Shown piece by piece: positions 8,682-18,232 of a stretch of 64,000 bases of DNA (position 1 is its first letter; each line of letters opens with the position of its first letter). Source of the stretch: an uncultured delta proteobacterium (GTDB lineage Bacteria; Myxococcota_A; Polyangia; Palsa-1104). The stretch is taken from positions 224,001 to 288,000 of the forward strand of contig CAWAWS010000006.1 in the NCBI GenBank assembly GCA_963785725.1, written 5' to 3'. Both the position numbers and the translations under genes were made by a program. The notes under the pieces were generated by a model. The model saw only the letters and a list, made by a program, of their open reading frames with translations. It ran no database searches and was not told the origin of the DNA.

Positions 8682-11117
8682 GTGCCTCGCCTTCGGCTGG
8701 TAGTCGTGACTGCGCTCTTGCTGGTCCCGGCGCTCGCCAGGGCCGATTTCTTCTCCACCTCGCCCGGGCCGCTGGCTCAGGTCCACGCCAACATCGACAG
8801 CAAGGACCACTGCACCGACTGCCACACGAGCGGACGCGAGCTCGCCGCCGAGAAGTGCATCAAGTGCCACGAGCCGATCGGCGAGCGGCAGCGCGAGCGC
8901 AAAGGCGTGCACGCGTCGCCCAAAGCGCTCGGCAAGCCGTGCGAGCTGTGCCACACCGACCACAAAGGGCGGAACAAGAACATCCTCGGCTTCGAGTTCT
9001 TCGGCGGGCGCGAGAAGTTCGATCACAACCTGCTGACGCCGTTCCAGCTCGAAGGCAAGCATCAGACGACCAAGTGCAACGACTGCCATAAAGACAAGAC
9101 GGCGTCGGGGACGTTCACGTATCTGAAGGCGCCGACGGCGTGCGCCAGCTGCCACAACAATCCGCACGGCGACTTGCACGAGAAGCTGCGCAACTGCGAG
9201 CGCTGCCACGATGCGCGCTCGTGGAAGATGAAGGACGACGCGCAGTTCGATCACGACCGCGACACGCGCTATCCGCTCGAGAAGAAGCACGAGCCGGTCA
9301 AGTGCGCGGCCTGCCACGCGACGACGAAGTCGGGGCAGCCGCCGAATGCGAAAGCGCCGATTCCGGCGCTGACTCCGGCCGGCTATCAGAAGATGACGTT
9401 CCGCTGGCCGACGTGGGGCTTCGATTGCCAGCCGTGCCACGACAACGTGCACGGGACGTCGCTGTTCGGGACGAAGTCGTGCAAGAGCTGCCACTCGGCC
9501 AAGGTCGAGTTCACCAAGATCTTCTTCGACCACAACAAGCGCACGCGCTTCCCGCTCGACGGTGAGCACGCCGATACCAAGAAGGCGACGTGCTACTCCT
9601 GCCATCCGAAAGAGCTCAAGGGCAAGCCGTCGATGCGCTGCGACGGCTGCCATCAGGACGTGCACAAAGGGCGGTTCGCGAAGGCGTCCAACGGCAACGA
9701 CTGCGGCAGCTGCCACACGGCGGTCAATTGGCCGACGGATTTGAAGTTCGATCACAACACGCGCACCAAGTTCCCGCTCACGGGCGCGCACGCCAACGCC
9801 GATTGCCGCGCCTGCCATCGCGGCAAAGGGCCGGCCGAGTGGGAGAACGTCTCGTCGCTGGTGACGCGCTCGGGGCGCGAGCAAAAGGTCGCCTGCATGG
9901 GCTGCCACCAGCACGAGAACGTGCACAAGAAGCAGTATCCGAACGAGCGCTGCCTCGAGTGCCACAAGATGGCCGGCATCGTCGACACCAAGCCGCGCGC
10001 CATCAACGAGTTCCACGGGCCCAACTCGCGCTTCCCGCTGACCGAAGGGCACAAAGGCGTCGCCTGCGAGAAGTGCCATCCCGGCAACGTCTTCAAGAAG
10101 GACATGACGCTGCAGTGCGGTCCGACGTGCCATCCCGACGAGCTGCACAAAGGGACGCTCGGCAAAGACTGCTTGAGCTGCCACTCGGGCGGCCGGTGGG
10201 AAGCGCGCCTCTTCGATCACGACACGAAGACGAAGTGGCCGCTCGTCGGCAACCACAAGGACGTCACCTGCGAGGCCTGCCATCCGCGGCGCGACTTCGC
10301 CAACAACCGCGGCAAGAGCACCACTTGCTACAACTGCCACTCCAAGGACGACGCGCACAACGGGCAGCTCGGCCATCGCTGCGAGACATGCCATTCGCCC
10401 GACGGCAAAGTGGCGTTCGACCACAACGATCCCGAGTTCAGCGACTGGCCGCTCCTCGGCAAGCACAAGAAGGTCAAGTGCAACGAGTGCCATAAGTCGA
10501 TCGAGTTCAAGCCGACGCCGCGCGAGTGCGGCGGCTGCCACGGCGAGCCCGCCGTGCATCGCGGCCAGCTCGGCACGTTGTGCGCGTCCTGCCACGTCAA
10601 CGACGACTGGAAGATCATCCACACCGGCCACGACGTGCCGACGCCGCGCTTCGGCGGCGCGCACGACCGCGTGCCGTGTGTGTCGTGCCATCCGGGCGGC
10701 CGCTTGCTCGGCGGCACGGGGCAGCTGTGCATCACCTGCCATCGCAACGACGACATCCACCACAACGGGCTCGGGCCGCGCTGCGGCGAGTGCCACACGC
10801 AGCAGTCGTGGGCGGCGGCGCACTTCGAGCACACGCGCGTCGGCTGCGAGCTGACCGGCAGCCATCGCCTGTTGCCGTGCGTGGGCTGCCACATCGGCGG
10901 CAACTTCGTCGCGCTGGCGACGGACTGCGTCGCCTGCCACCGTAAAGACGCCGTGCGCGGCGGTGCCGCATACGCCGCGTCTCTCAAACAGGCCGGCAAT
11001 GCGGCCATCATCGCGACTCACGCCATGTTCCCTCAGTGCGGCAGCTGCCACAACACGATCTTCTGGGGAACGACGTCTTCGCGTCTCGCCGGCGGTCGCG
11101 AGTCGGTGTGCCGATGA
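8682..11117 (+). CDS. Secreted multiheme cytochrome c, about 30 hemes
   Basis: Sec signal ending ALARA; 29 CxxCH plus one CGPTCH counted by eye; recurring FDH..FPLxGxH modules. Confidence 0.95.
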   Translation: MPRLRLVVVTALLLVPALARADFFSTSPGPLAQVHANIDSKDHCTDCHTSGRELAAEKCIKCHEPIGERQRERKGVHASPKALGKPCELCHTDHKGRNKNILGFEFFGGREKFDHNLLTPFQLEGKHQTTKCNDCHKDKTASGTFTYLKAPTACASCHNNPHGDLHEKLRNCERCHDARSWKMKDDAQFDHDRDTRYPLEKKHEPVKCAACHATTKSGQPPNAKAPIPALTPAGYQKMTFRWPTWGFDCQPCHDNVHGTSLFGTKSCKSCHSAKVEFTKIFFDHNKRTRFPLDGEHADTKKATCYSCHPKELKGKPSMRCDGCHQDVHKGRFAKASNGNDCGSCHTAVNWPTDLKFDHNTRTKFPLTGAHANADCRACHRGKGPAEWENVSSLVTRSGREQKVACMGCHQHENVHKKQYPNERCLECHKMAGIVDTKPRAINEFHGPNSRFPLTEGHKGVACEKCHPGNVFKKDMTLQCGPTCHPDELHKGTLGKDCLSCHSGGRWEARLFDHDTKTKWPLVGNHKDVTCEACHPRRDFANNRGKSTTCYNCHSKDDAHNGQLGHRCETCHSPDGKVAFDHNDPEFSDWPLLGKHKKVKCNECHKSIEFKPTPRECGGCHGEPAVHRGQLGTLCASCHVNDDWKIIHTGHDVPTPRFGGAHDRVPCVSCHPGGRLLGGTGQLCITCHRNDDIHHNGLGPRCGECHTQQSWAAAHFEHTRVGCELTGSHRLLPCVGCHIGGNFVALATDCVACHRKDAVRGGAAYAASLKQAGNAAIIATHAMFPQCGSCHNTIFWGTTSSRLAGGRESVCR

Positions 11118-12770
11118 TCCGTCGGCTCCTGCGCTTCGTGCCGCTGCTGTTGGTCTTGTTGCCGACGGCGGCGCGCGCGCAGGATCTGAAAGATCGCTTC
11201 AACATCAAGCTGTCGTTGACCGGCATGTACGAGACGGAGCAAGAGGGCGAGCTGCCGGCGGCCTATGCGCGCACGCAGCCGACGACCGGCGGCAACGGCG
11301 TGGGCCAGGTGTCGTCGCCGTTCCAGCTCGGCTACGGCGAGCTGCGCGCGGTCATCGACGGGCGGCGGCTGCCCGGCAACTTCGATCTGCACATCGACGC
11401 GCGCGTACGGCTGACCGGCCCCTACTCGATCGACGACGCCACCGTCGGCAATCAGCCCATCACCGCCCGCGGCTACTTGGGCGGCAGCGAATACGACCTG
11501 CGTTCGGCCTGGGTGCGACGACGCGGCGAGAGCTGGGACTTCGGCCTCGGCCGCATGATCGTGTCCGAGGCCGACGCCCTGCGCATCGACGGCGCGCGAT
11601 TATGGTGGCGCATGGCGAAACACTGGGACGCCAGCTTGTACGCCGGCGGCTACGGCGATCCCTATTCGCGCTCGCTCAACGACGACTATTCGGGCGGCTT
11701 CGCCGCGGCCGGCGGCGGCGACGCGACGTACACGTACGATAAGATCTGGGGCTCGTTCAGCGTCAACGGCGCCTACTTCAGCGGCAACGACGACGGCGGC
11801 CCGATCGTCATCAACGCCGACGGCTCCATCGCCCCCGGCAAGCCGACGCGCGAGAAGCCGCGCACCTGGCTCACGTGGACCGACTTCATCCGCATCGCGT
11901 CGTGGCTCGACCTGTTCACTGATGTCGTCGTCGACGCGTCGGGCGAGGCGGGCGCGCAGCTCACGCGGCTCGACGCGCTGGCCACGATTCGCGCCGGCTC
12001 GCACCTGACGTTCCGCCTCGGCTACGATCACCTGTCGGCGTTCGCGATCGAAATGTGGCTGACCAAGCTGCTCACCGATCGCTCGCAGGTCGTCGCCAAC
12101 ACCATCGAGAACAACTTGACGGTCGAGCGCACCTCGCGCGACGAAGGCCGCGGCCAGGTCGATTCTCGCGTTCGGCAAATTCTCGGTCAACGGCGAAGGC
12201 CGCGTGCGCAAACGCGCGCTCGTCTCGCTCACCGACGACACGCAGTTCACCAACCAGGGCAAACAGGTCGCGCCCGGCTTCGCCTGGGACGCGACGCTCG
12301 GCGTGCACGATCGCGGCTCGCTCGCCGGCTTTCGCGAGGGCTTGTGGGCGATGTACTTGAGCGACTATCGCGCCAACAGCTTCCTCGTCGGCTTCGACCT
12401 CGGCCGCAGCTTCTGGGACGAGAAGCTCACCATCGACTTCGCGTTCTTGTACGCCAAGACCAAAGACGACGACTCGGGCAAAGGCACGCCCGTCGCCAAC
12501 ATGCCGACCTTGCCCATCGCCTGCAACACGGCGACGTATCTGACGATCAACTCGACCTGCTACGGCACGCGCAACGGCGCCGAGTACGAGACCGGCATCA
12601 CCATCGGCGGCTCGCCGTTCAACCACTGGTATGCGTTCGTCGACTATCGGCTCGTCGTCGACAAGACCGACGGCAACATCGCCAACGCCGCGGGCACGAC
12701 GACGCCGGCGCTGCCCGAGCCGACGATCCTGACGCACGTGCTGCTCCTGCGGCTCGAAGCGCGTTACTGA
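11114..12770 (+). CDS. Putative outer-membrane beta-barrel/porin, ~551 aa once a +1 frameshift at ~12163 is removed
   Basis: Signal peptide ending AARA; alternating amphipathic strands; C-terminal LLLRLEARY; ATGA overlap with the cytochrome; deleting one T in GATTCTC joins the two ORFs (QVDLAFGKFSVNGEGRVRKR). Confidence 0.8.
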
Positions 12771-15094
12771 AGCGGGAGCTCGACGATGAAGGAGGCGCCT
12801 TCGCCTTCGACGTCGCAGGCGCTGACGGTGCCGCCGTGCGCTTCGACGATGCGGCGCACGATGTAGAGGCCGAGCCCGAGCCCGCCGTAGTGGCGCGCGG
12901 AGACGGCGCGCTCGAAGCGTTCGAAGATGCGCCCGCGCTCGGCCGGCTCGACGCCGATGCCGTGGTCGCGCACTTGTAATTGCGCGCGCTGCCCGTCGGA
13001 GTCGACGCGCACGACGACCGGCTTGCCGGCGCCGTATTTGAGCGCGTTCGACAACAGGTTGGTCGCCACTTGCTCGAGCCGCGCGCGATCCCAGTGGCCG
13101 CCCAAGGCCGGCGCCGGCGCTTCGACGGCGATGGTGCAGCCGGCGCGGCGGGCGTCGTCGCCGAGCGCGCGCACGGCGTCCTGCGCGACGGCCACGAGGT
13201 CGGTCGGCTCGCGCTGCAGCTCGAGCCGACCGGAGTGCACGCGCGAGACGTCGAGCAGCGAGTCGACGAGCCGGCTCAGCCGCCGCGTCTGCCGCTCGGC
13301 CGTCTCCAGCGCCTGCCGCAAGAACGCCGTCGGCGCCTCCTCGCCGATCGCCAGCACGCTCTGCACCGCCAGCTGCAGCGACGTCACCGGCGTGCGCAGC
13401 TCGTGCGACGCCACCGACAGGAACTCGTCGCGCGAGGCCACCGCCGCCACCGACTGCTGATAGAGCCGCTGGTTGTCGATGGCCAACGCCGCGCGCTGCG
13501 CCAGATCGATCGCAATCGCCAAGTCCTCGTCGTCGTAGTGGCGGCGGTGATCTTGCGCGGCGAAGCACATCGCGCCCAGCGTCTGGCCGCGCACGCGCAA
13601 CGGCGCCAGCATGTAGGCGCCGCAGCCGATCTCGCGCAGCGTCGTGCCGTTGGACGGGAAGCTGATGGCGAGCACCGGCCGGCCGCCGCGCCCGGTCAAT
13701 TCGTCGTCGGTGATCTCGTTGTAGATGAGCGGCTCGCCGCGGGCGATGACGCGCGCGACGCCGCGGTCGCTGCCGGGCGCGACCTGCAAGCGGCGCATCT
13801 TGGCGACGTGCGTCGGATCGCGATGGTGGGCGGCGGCGCTGACAATGGTGCCGTTGTCGTCGACGAGGAAGATGATGCACCAGTCGCCCAAGAACGGCAC
13901 CGACAGGCGCGCCAAGCCGTCGAGAGGCGTGTCGTCTTCGACGGGACCGCCGAGCAGCTTGGACGCGGCCGCCAAGAAGCCGGCGCGGCGGCTCGAGCGG
14001 CGCTCGGCGGTGACGTCGCGAAAGCTCCACACGCGACCGACGGCGCGCCCGTCGACGCGCTGCGGCCGCGAGTCGCGCTCGAGGATGCGGCCGTCGCGCA
14101 GCTCGAGCACGTCGTGGCTCGAGGCTTCCGGCTCGGCGTAGAGCGCGTGCACCTTCTCGACGAACTTCGCCGGATCGCGGAGCTGCTGCGCGGCATGGAC
14201 GAGCGCGCGCGAGTCGTCGATGTCGGCGATGAGCTCCTGCGGGATGTTCCACAGCTGCAAGAAGCGCTGGTTGTAGCCGACGATGTGCGCCTCGGAGTCG
14301 ACCACCAACACGGCGTCGTTGATCGACTCCAGCGTCGCCCGCAACAGCGAGACCGACGTGGTGACTTCGTCTTCGGCGCGCACGCTGTCGGTGATGTCGA
14401 GCGCGACGCCGGTGGCGCCGATGGGCCGGCCGCCGTCGTCGAGAATCGGCGACCAGCTCGTCTGCCACGAGGAGCCGAAGCGGCGCGTGTGGTCGACCAT
14501 CGAGAAGCGCTCGCCCGCGAGCGCGCGGCGGACGTGCGACAAAAGCTCGGGCTCGTCGCGCCAGAGCGAGAACACGCTGTGGCCGACGGCGTCGCCGGGC
14601 GCCTGCCCGATCGCTTGCAAGCCGCGGCCTTGCGACAGCGTGAAGCGGCCGGTCGCGTCGACCGCGAACAGGATGATCGGCGCATGATCGATCACTTGCA
14701 GGAGGCGCGACTCGGCGGCGCGCAAGGCTTCGGTGGTGACCTGGGCGTCGGTGACGTCGATCATGAAGCCGCCGACGCGCGGCTCGCCTTCGCGCTCGAG
14801 CGCGTGCAGCTCGGTGCGAAACCAGCGCACGCCGTCATCGGCGCCGACCAGGCGATGCTCGATGCGGCGCGGCTCGTGGTCGCGGCCGACGGCGAGGAGC
14901 GCGCTGATGAAGCGGTCGCTGTCCTCGGCGTGCAGCGCGGTCGACAACAGCTCGCGCCCGGTCGTGACGAGACCGAGGCCGAGCCGCGCCACCGCGCCGC
15001 CCGACAGCGCCGTGACCCGCAGCGGCGCCAGCGCCGCCTCGAAGACGACGGCGTCGGCGAGCGCCAGGATCTGCAGCGCCGGATCCGAGTTCAC
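12764..15094 (-). CDS. Cytoplasmic PAS-PAS-PAS-GAF sensor histidine kinase
   Basis: SHELRTP H-box, NLLSNALKY N-box, DHGIG and GLGLGL G-boxes; PAS/GAF-like segments; GTG start overlaps upstream stop (GTGA). Confidence 0.92.
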   Translation of the reverse strand: MNSDPALQILALADAVVFEAALAPLRVTALSGGAVARLGLGLVTTGRELLSTALHAEDSDRFISALLAVGRDHEPRRIEHRLVGADDGVRWFRTELHALEREGEPRVGGFMIDVTDAQVTTEALRAAESRLLQVIDHAPIILFAVDATGRFTLSQGRGLQAIGQAPGDAVGHSVFSLWRDEPELLSHVRRALAGERFSMVDHTRRFGSSWQTSWSPILDDGGRPIGATGVALDITDSVRAEDEVTTSVSLLRATLESINDAVLVVDSEAHIVGYNQRFLQLWNIPQELIADIDDSRALVHAAQQLRDPAKFVEKVHALYAEPEASSHDVLELRDGRILERDSRPQRVDGRAVGRVWSFRDVTAERRSSRRAGFLAAASKLLGGPVEDDTPLDGLARLSVPFLGDWCIIFLVDDNGTIVSAAAHHRDPTHVAKMRRLQVAPGSDRGVARVIARGEPLIYNEITDDELTGRGGRPVLAISFPSNGTTLREIGCGAYMLAPLRVRGQTLGAMCFAAQDHRRHYDDEDLAIAIDLAQRAALAIDNQRLYQQSVAAVASRDEFLSVASHELRTPVTSLQLAVQSVLAIGEEAPTAFLRQALETAERQTRRLSRLVDSLLDVSRVHSGRLELQREPTDLVAVAQDAVRALGDDARRAGCTIAVEAPAPALGGHWDRARLEQVATNLLSNALKYGAGKPVVVRVDSDGQRAQLQVRDHGIGVEPAERGRIFERFERAVSARHYGGLGLGLYIVRRIVEAHGGTVSACDVEGEGASFIVELPLQ

Positions 15095-15474
15095 CGTGGC
15101 GCCGAAGCGAGCCCGGAGCGGCAGAAGCGGGCCACGACGTCGATGAGGTGATTGAGCTCGAAGGGCTTGGCCAGGATGGCGGCCGGTGACAGCGCCTTGG
15201 TCGACTGCTCGAGCCGGCCCGCGCCCGACACGACGACGATGGGCACTTTTTGCAGCCGCGCTTCCGCGGCCATGATCGCGCCCAATTCCCAGCCGTTCAT
15301 TTCCGGCATCATGAGGTCGAGCAGGAGCACGCACGGCAGGGTGTCACGCATGTGCGCCAGCGCTTCCATGCCGTTGGCCGCTTCGACGACCGCGAACCCT
15401 TTGATGCGCAAGATGGCCGCCAGGTCGGCACGAATGTCCTCGTCATCTTCTGCGATCAAGACGCCACCCGCCAT
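15091..15474 (-). CDS. Single-domain response regulator
   Basis: IAEDD, LDLMMP, SG and AKPF motifs. Confidence 0.92.
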   Translation of the reverse strand: MAGGVLIAEDDEDIRADLAAILRIKGFAVVEAANGMEALAHMRDTLPCVLLLDLMMPEMNGWELGAIMAAEARLQKVPIVVVSGAGRLEQSTKALSPAAILAKPFELNHLIDVVARFCRSGLASAPR

Positions 15475-15550
15475 TGCCGACCCCCAGCTAAGAAGTATAC
15501 ACGGCTGCGCCGGAGACGCCGGTCACCGGCAGATCTCGCAGTGTCAGCAG

Positions 15551-18232
15551 TCAGACGAAGCGGATGCGTCGCGCGGCCACGTCGAGCAGCAAAAAGAGCA
15601 GCGCCGCCCACAGCGCCCACGGCCACAGCTCGCGATGGTAGATGACGCGCTGGCGTCCTGGGTCGAAGCGCTGCGCCGGCGTCGGCGCCGTGCGTCCGCC
15701 GGTGACTTGTGCCACTCGCTCGAGCAGCGCCGTGTCGGGCGGCAGGGCCGCGAATTCGCGCGGATAGGGCAGCGACAGCGCGCCCGCCGACTCGGCGACG
15801 ACGGCGCCGTTCTGCTTGTGCAGCGCGCGTAGCCAGAAGGCGCCGTAGCGATCGGGCGCGAACGTGGCCTCGTAGTGGCCGGGCGCGGTCTCGGCCATCG
15901 TCAGCTCGCGCTTGTCCGCCGGCCGCGCCGGGTCGATGACTTGCAGCGTCGTGTCCAGACCCGAGACGAACTTGTCGTCGGCGCCGATGGCGTCGACGGC
16001 GACGTGGGCGAGCGGCGGATCGACCTCGCTCGACAATTCGAAGCTGCGGCCGCTCGTCGAGGAAGTGGCCGAGTGGCGCATCGTCGAGCGCACCAAGTGC
16101 GCCCAGAATTTGCCGTAGCCGGGCCACTTCAGCCAATTGACGGCCCAGCGGTTCTTGACGTCGCTCGTGAACGCCGCCGCCTGGCCGAGCCCGACGCGCC
16201 AGCGCGCCAAGATAGGCTCGCCCAAGTCGCTGACGAGGATGACGTCGCTGAGCGGCTTCGGCTTCGTCGACACGTAGCCGCGCAAGGGCGGCGCCTCGCC
16301 GATGTCGACGCCTTCGAGCAGCTCGGCGCGCTTCTGCACGTGCACGCCGACCTGCTCCTCGACGAGCGCGTTGCGCGCGACCTCGGTCGTCTCCTTCGTG
16401 AAGATGCGCGGGATGCTCTCGGCCGACTGCGTGAAGTAAAAGCGCCCGCCGCCGCGCTCGGCGATCATCGTGAGCAGCGTCTTGTCGGCCTCGGCGCCGA
16501 CGCCGACGGCGCTGATCGTGATCTTGTGCTCGGCCATCTCGTCGACCAGCTCGCGGATGCCTTCGTAACTCGCCTGCCCGTCGGTCAAGAGAATGACGTG
16601 CTTGAGCTTGGCGTGCGCCGGATCGAGCTCGTCGTAGGCCTCTTTCAGCGCCGGCAAGATGTTGGTGCCGCCGCCCGCTTGCAGCCGCGCGATGTCGCCG
16701 GCGATGCGCACGCGATTGGCCGCGCGCTGCAGCCTGACGATCGCCGTCGGCTGCGAGTCGAAGGCGATGACGCCGATGAGATCGTCGGCGCCGAGCAGCT
16801 CCGCCGTCGCCTTCGAGGCGTCCTTGGCCAGCTCCAGCTTCTCGCCCGTCATCGAGCCCGAGCGATCGATCACCAACGCCAGCGCCAGACCCGGCTGATC
16901 GCGCTTCTTCTCGGTCTCGAAGCGCACCGGCAAGATCTTCTCCAGCTTCGAGCCGGTGTAGCCGCCGGCGCCGAAGCTGTTCTCGCCGCCGGCCATGATG
17001 AACCCACCGCCGAGGTCGCGCACGTAGCTCTCGATCGCCGTCATCTGGGCCGGTCCGACGAACGTCTGCGCCACGTCCGACAAGATCACGAGATCGTAGG
17101 CCGCCAAGTCGCGCGGCGACGTCGGCAAGCCGTAGCTCGAGCGCACGTCGACGTCGATGTTCTCGCGCTTCAACGCGTTGGCCAGATACGACGCCGCCTG
17201 CGGCTCGCCTTCGACGTAGAGCACGCGCGGCTTGCCTTGCACCGCCAGCGACGCCACCGCCGCGTTGTTGCCCGCGAAGTGATCGGCGAGCGGCTTGCCC
17301 GGCGCCGCCGCCAGCTGCACCTTGAACGTCGTGAAGCCCGCCTGCGCGACCTCCGCCTTCCACTTCACGACATTCGGTCCCGCTTGCAGTTGGACGACCT
17401 TGCGGCCTTCGAGCGGGTTGACGTATTCGTCGCGATAGAGCGTCAGCGCCACGGTTTGCGGCGTCGTCGAGTCGATCTCGGCCGCGACCTCGAAGGGCGC
17501 GCCCATCTTCACGTCGTTCGGCAGCGTCAACGCGCGCACGAGCACTTCGGGCTCGCTGTCGGCGCGCGCGGCGATGACGTCGACGCGCACGCCGCGCTTG
17601 GCCGCCTCCGCTGCCTCGGCCGCGAGGTCACCCTCGGTCTCGTTGCCGTCGGAGACGATGAGCGCGCGCTTGATCGTGCCCGGCGGAAAGAGGCCGTAGG
17701 CCAGCGACAGCGCCGACGCGAGGTCACTGCCGTCGCCGTCATGGCGCGCGAGCGCGTCGGCCGGCAGCGGCACGCCGTCGGGCGGCAGCGGAATCAGCCG
17801 TGGATGCAGGCCGAAGGTCACCAGCATCAGCCGATCGTCGCCGTGGCGAGCGGCGCGCGTCTCCTCGATCGCGGCGCGCGCCGAGGCCAGCTGGGCGTCG
17901 CGAATGGAGGCCGAGACGTCGACGAGCAGCACCGTCGCCACCGTGCGCCGCTCGCCGACCGTCGACGGCCGCGCCAGCGCCAGCGCCAGGCAGGACACGA
18001 GCAGCATGCGCAAGACCGCCGACAGCCGCTGCTGCGCCGCCCGCAAGTCGACGAGCGACAGCCACAGCGTCGCGCCGACGAGCGGCAGGAGCGCGAGGAT
18101 GAAGAGCGCGCGCGGCCGCAAGAGCTCGACCGGCCCGATGCTGACGAGCTCGCGCCCACGCGTCGACCAGGCGATCGCCACCGCGATCGCGCCCATCAGC
18201 GCCAGCGTGATCGTCGCCCGCAGCCACTTCAT
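15551..18232 (-). CDS. Membrane-anchored protein with two VWA domains and a glutamine-amidotransferase-like middle domain
   Basis: MIDAS motifs DVSAS and DRSGS; LTDG; GGGFIMAGGENSFGAGGY; N- and C-terminal TM helices; ATGA overlap with upstream gene. Confidence 0.85.
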   Translation of the reverse strand: MKWLRATITLALMGAIAVAIAWSTRGRELVSIGPVELLRPRALFILALLPLVGATLWLSLVDLRAAQQRLSAVLRMLLVSCLALALARPSTVGERRTVATVLLVDVSASIRDAQLASARAAIEETRAARHGDDRLMLVTFGLHPRLIPLPPDGVPLPADALARHDGDGSDLASALSLAYGLFPPGTIKRALIVSDGNETEGDLAAEAAEAAKRGVRVDVIAARADSEPEVLVRALTLPNDVKMGAPFEVAAEIDSTTPQTVALTLYRDEYVNPLEGRKVVQLQAGPNVVKWKAEVAQAGFTTFKVQLAAAPGKPLADHFAGNNAAVASLAVQGKPRVLYVEGEPQAASYLANALKRENIDVDVRSSYGLPTSPRDLAAYDLVILSDVAQTFVGPAQMTAIESYVRDLGGGFIMAGGENSFGAGGYTGSKLEKILPVRFETEKKRDQPGLALALVIDRSGSMTGEKLELAKDASKATAELLGADDLIGVIAFDSQPTAIVRLQRAANRVRIAGDIARLQAGGGTNILPALKEAYDELDPAHAKLKHVILLTDGQASYEGIRELVDEMAEHKITISAVGVGAEADKTLLTMIAERGGGRFYFTQSAESIPRIFTKETTEVARNALVEEQVGVHVQKRAELLEGVDIGEAPPLRGYVSTKPKPLSDVILVSDLGEPILARWRVGLGQAAAFTSDVKNRWAVNWLKWPGYGKFWAHLVRSTMRHSATSSTSGRSFELSSEVDPPLAHVAVDAIGADDKFVSGLDTTLQVIDPARPADKRELTMAETAPGHYEATFAPDRYGAFWLRALHKQNGAVVAESAGALSLPYPREFAALPPDTALLERVAQVTGGRTAPTPAQRFDPGRQRVIYHRELWPWALWAALLFLLLDVAARRIRFV

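Noticed and set aside
8664..11051. Long antisense or alternate-frame ORFs (e.g. 795 aa here, 915 aa at 29008-31755, 805 aa at 49944-52361)
   Set aside because: These are shadow ORFs expected in very GC-rich DNA; they are Arg/Ala-rich, lack motifs and overlap well-supported genes
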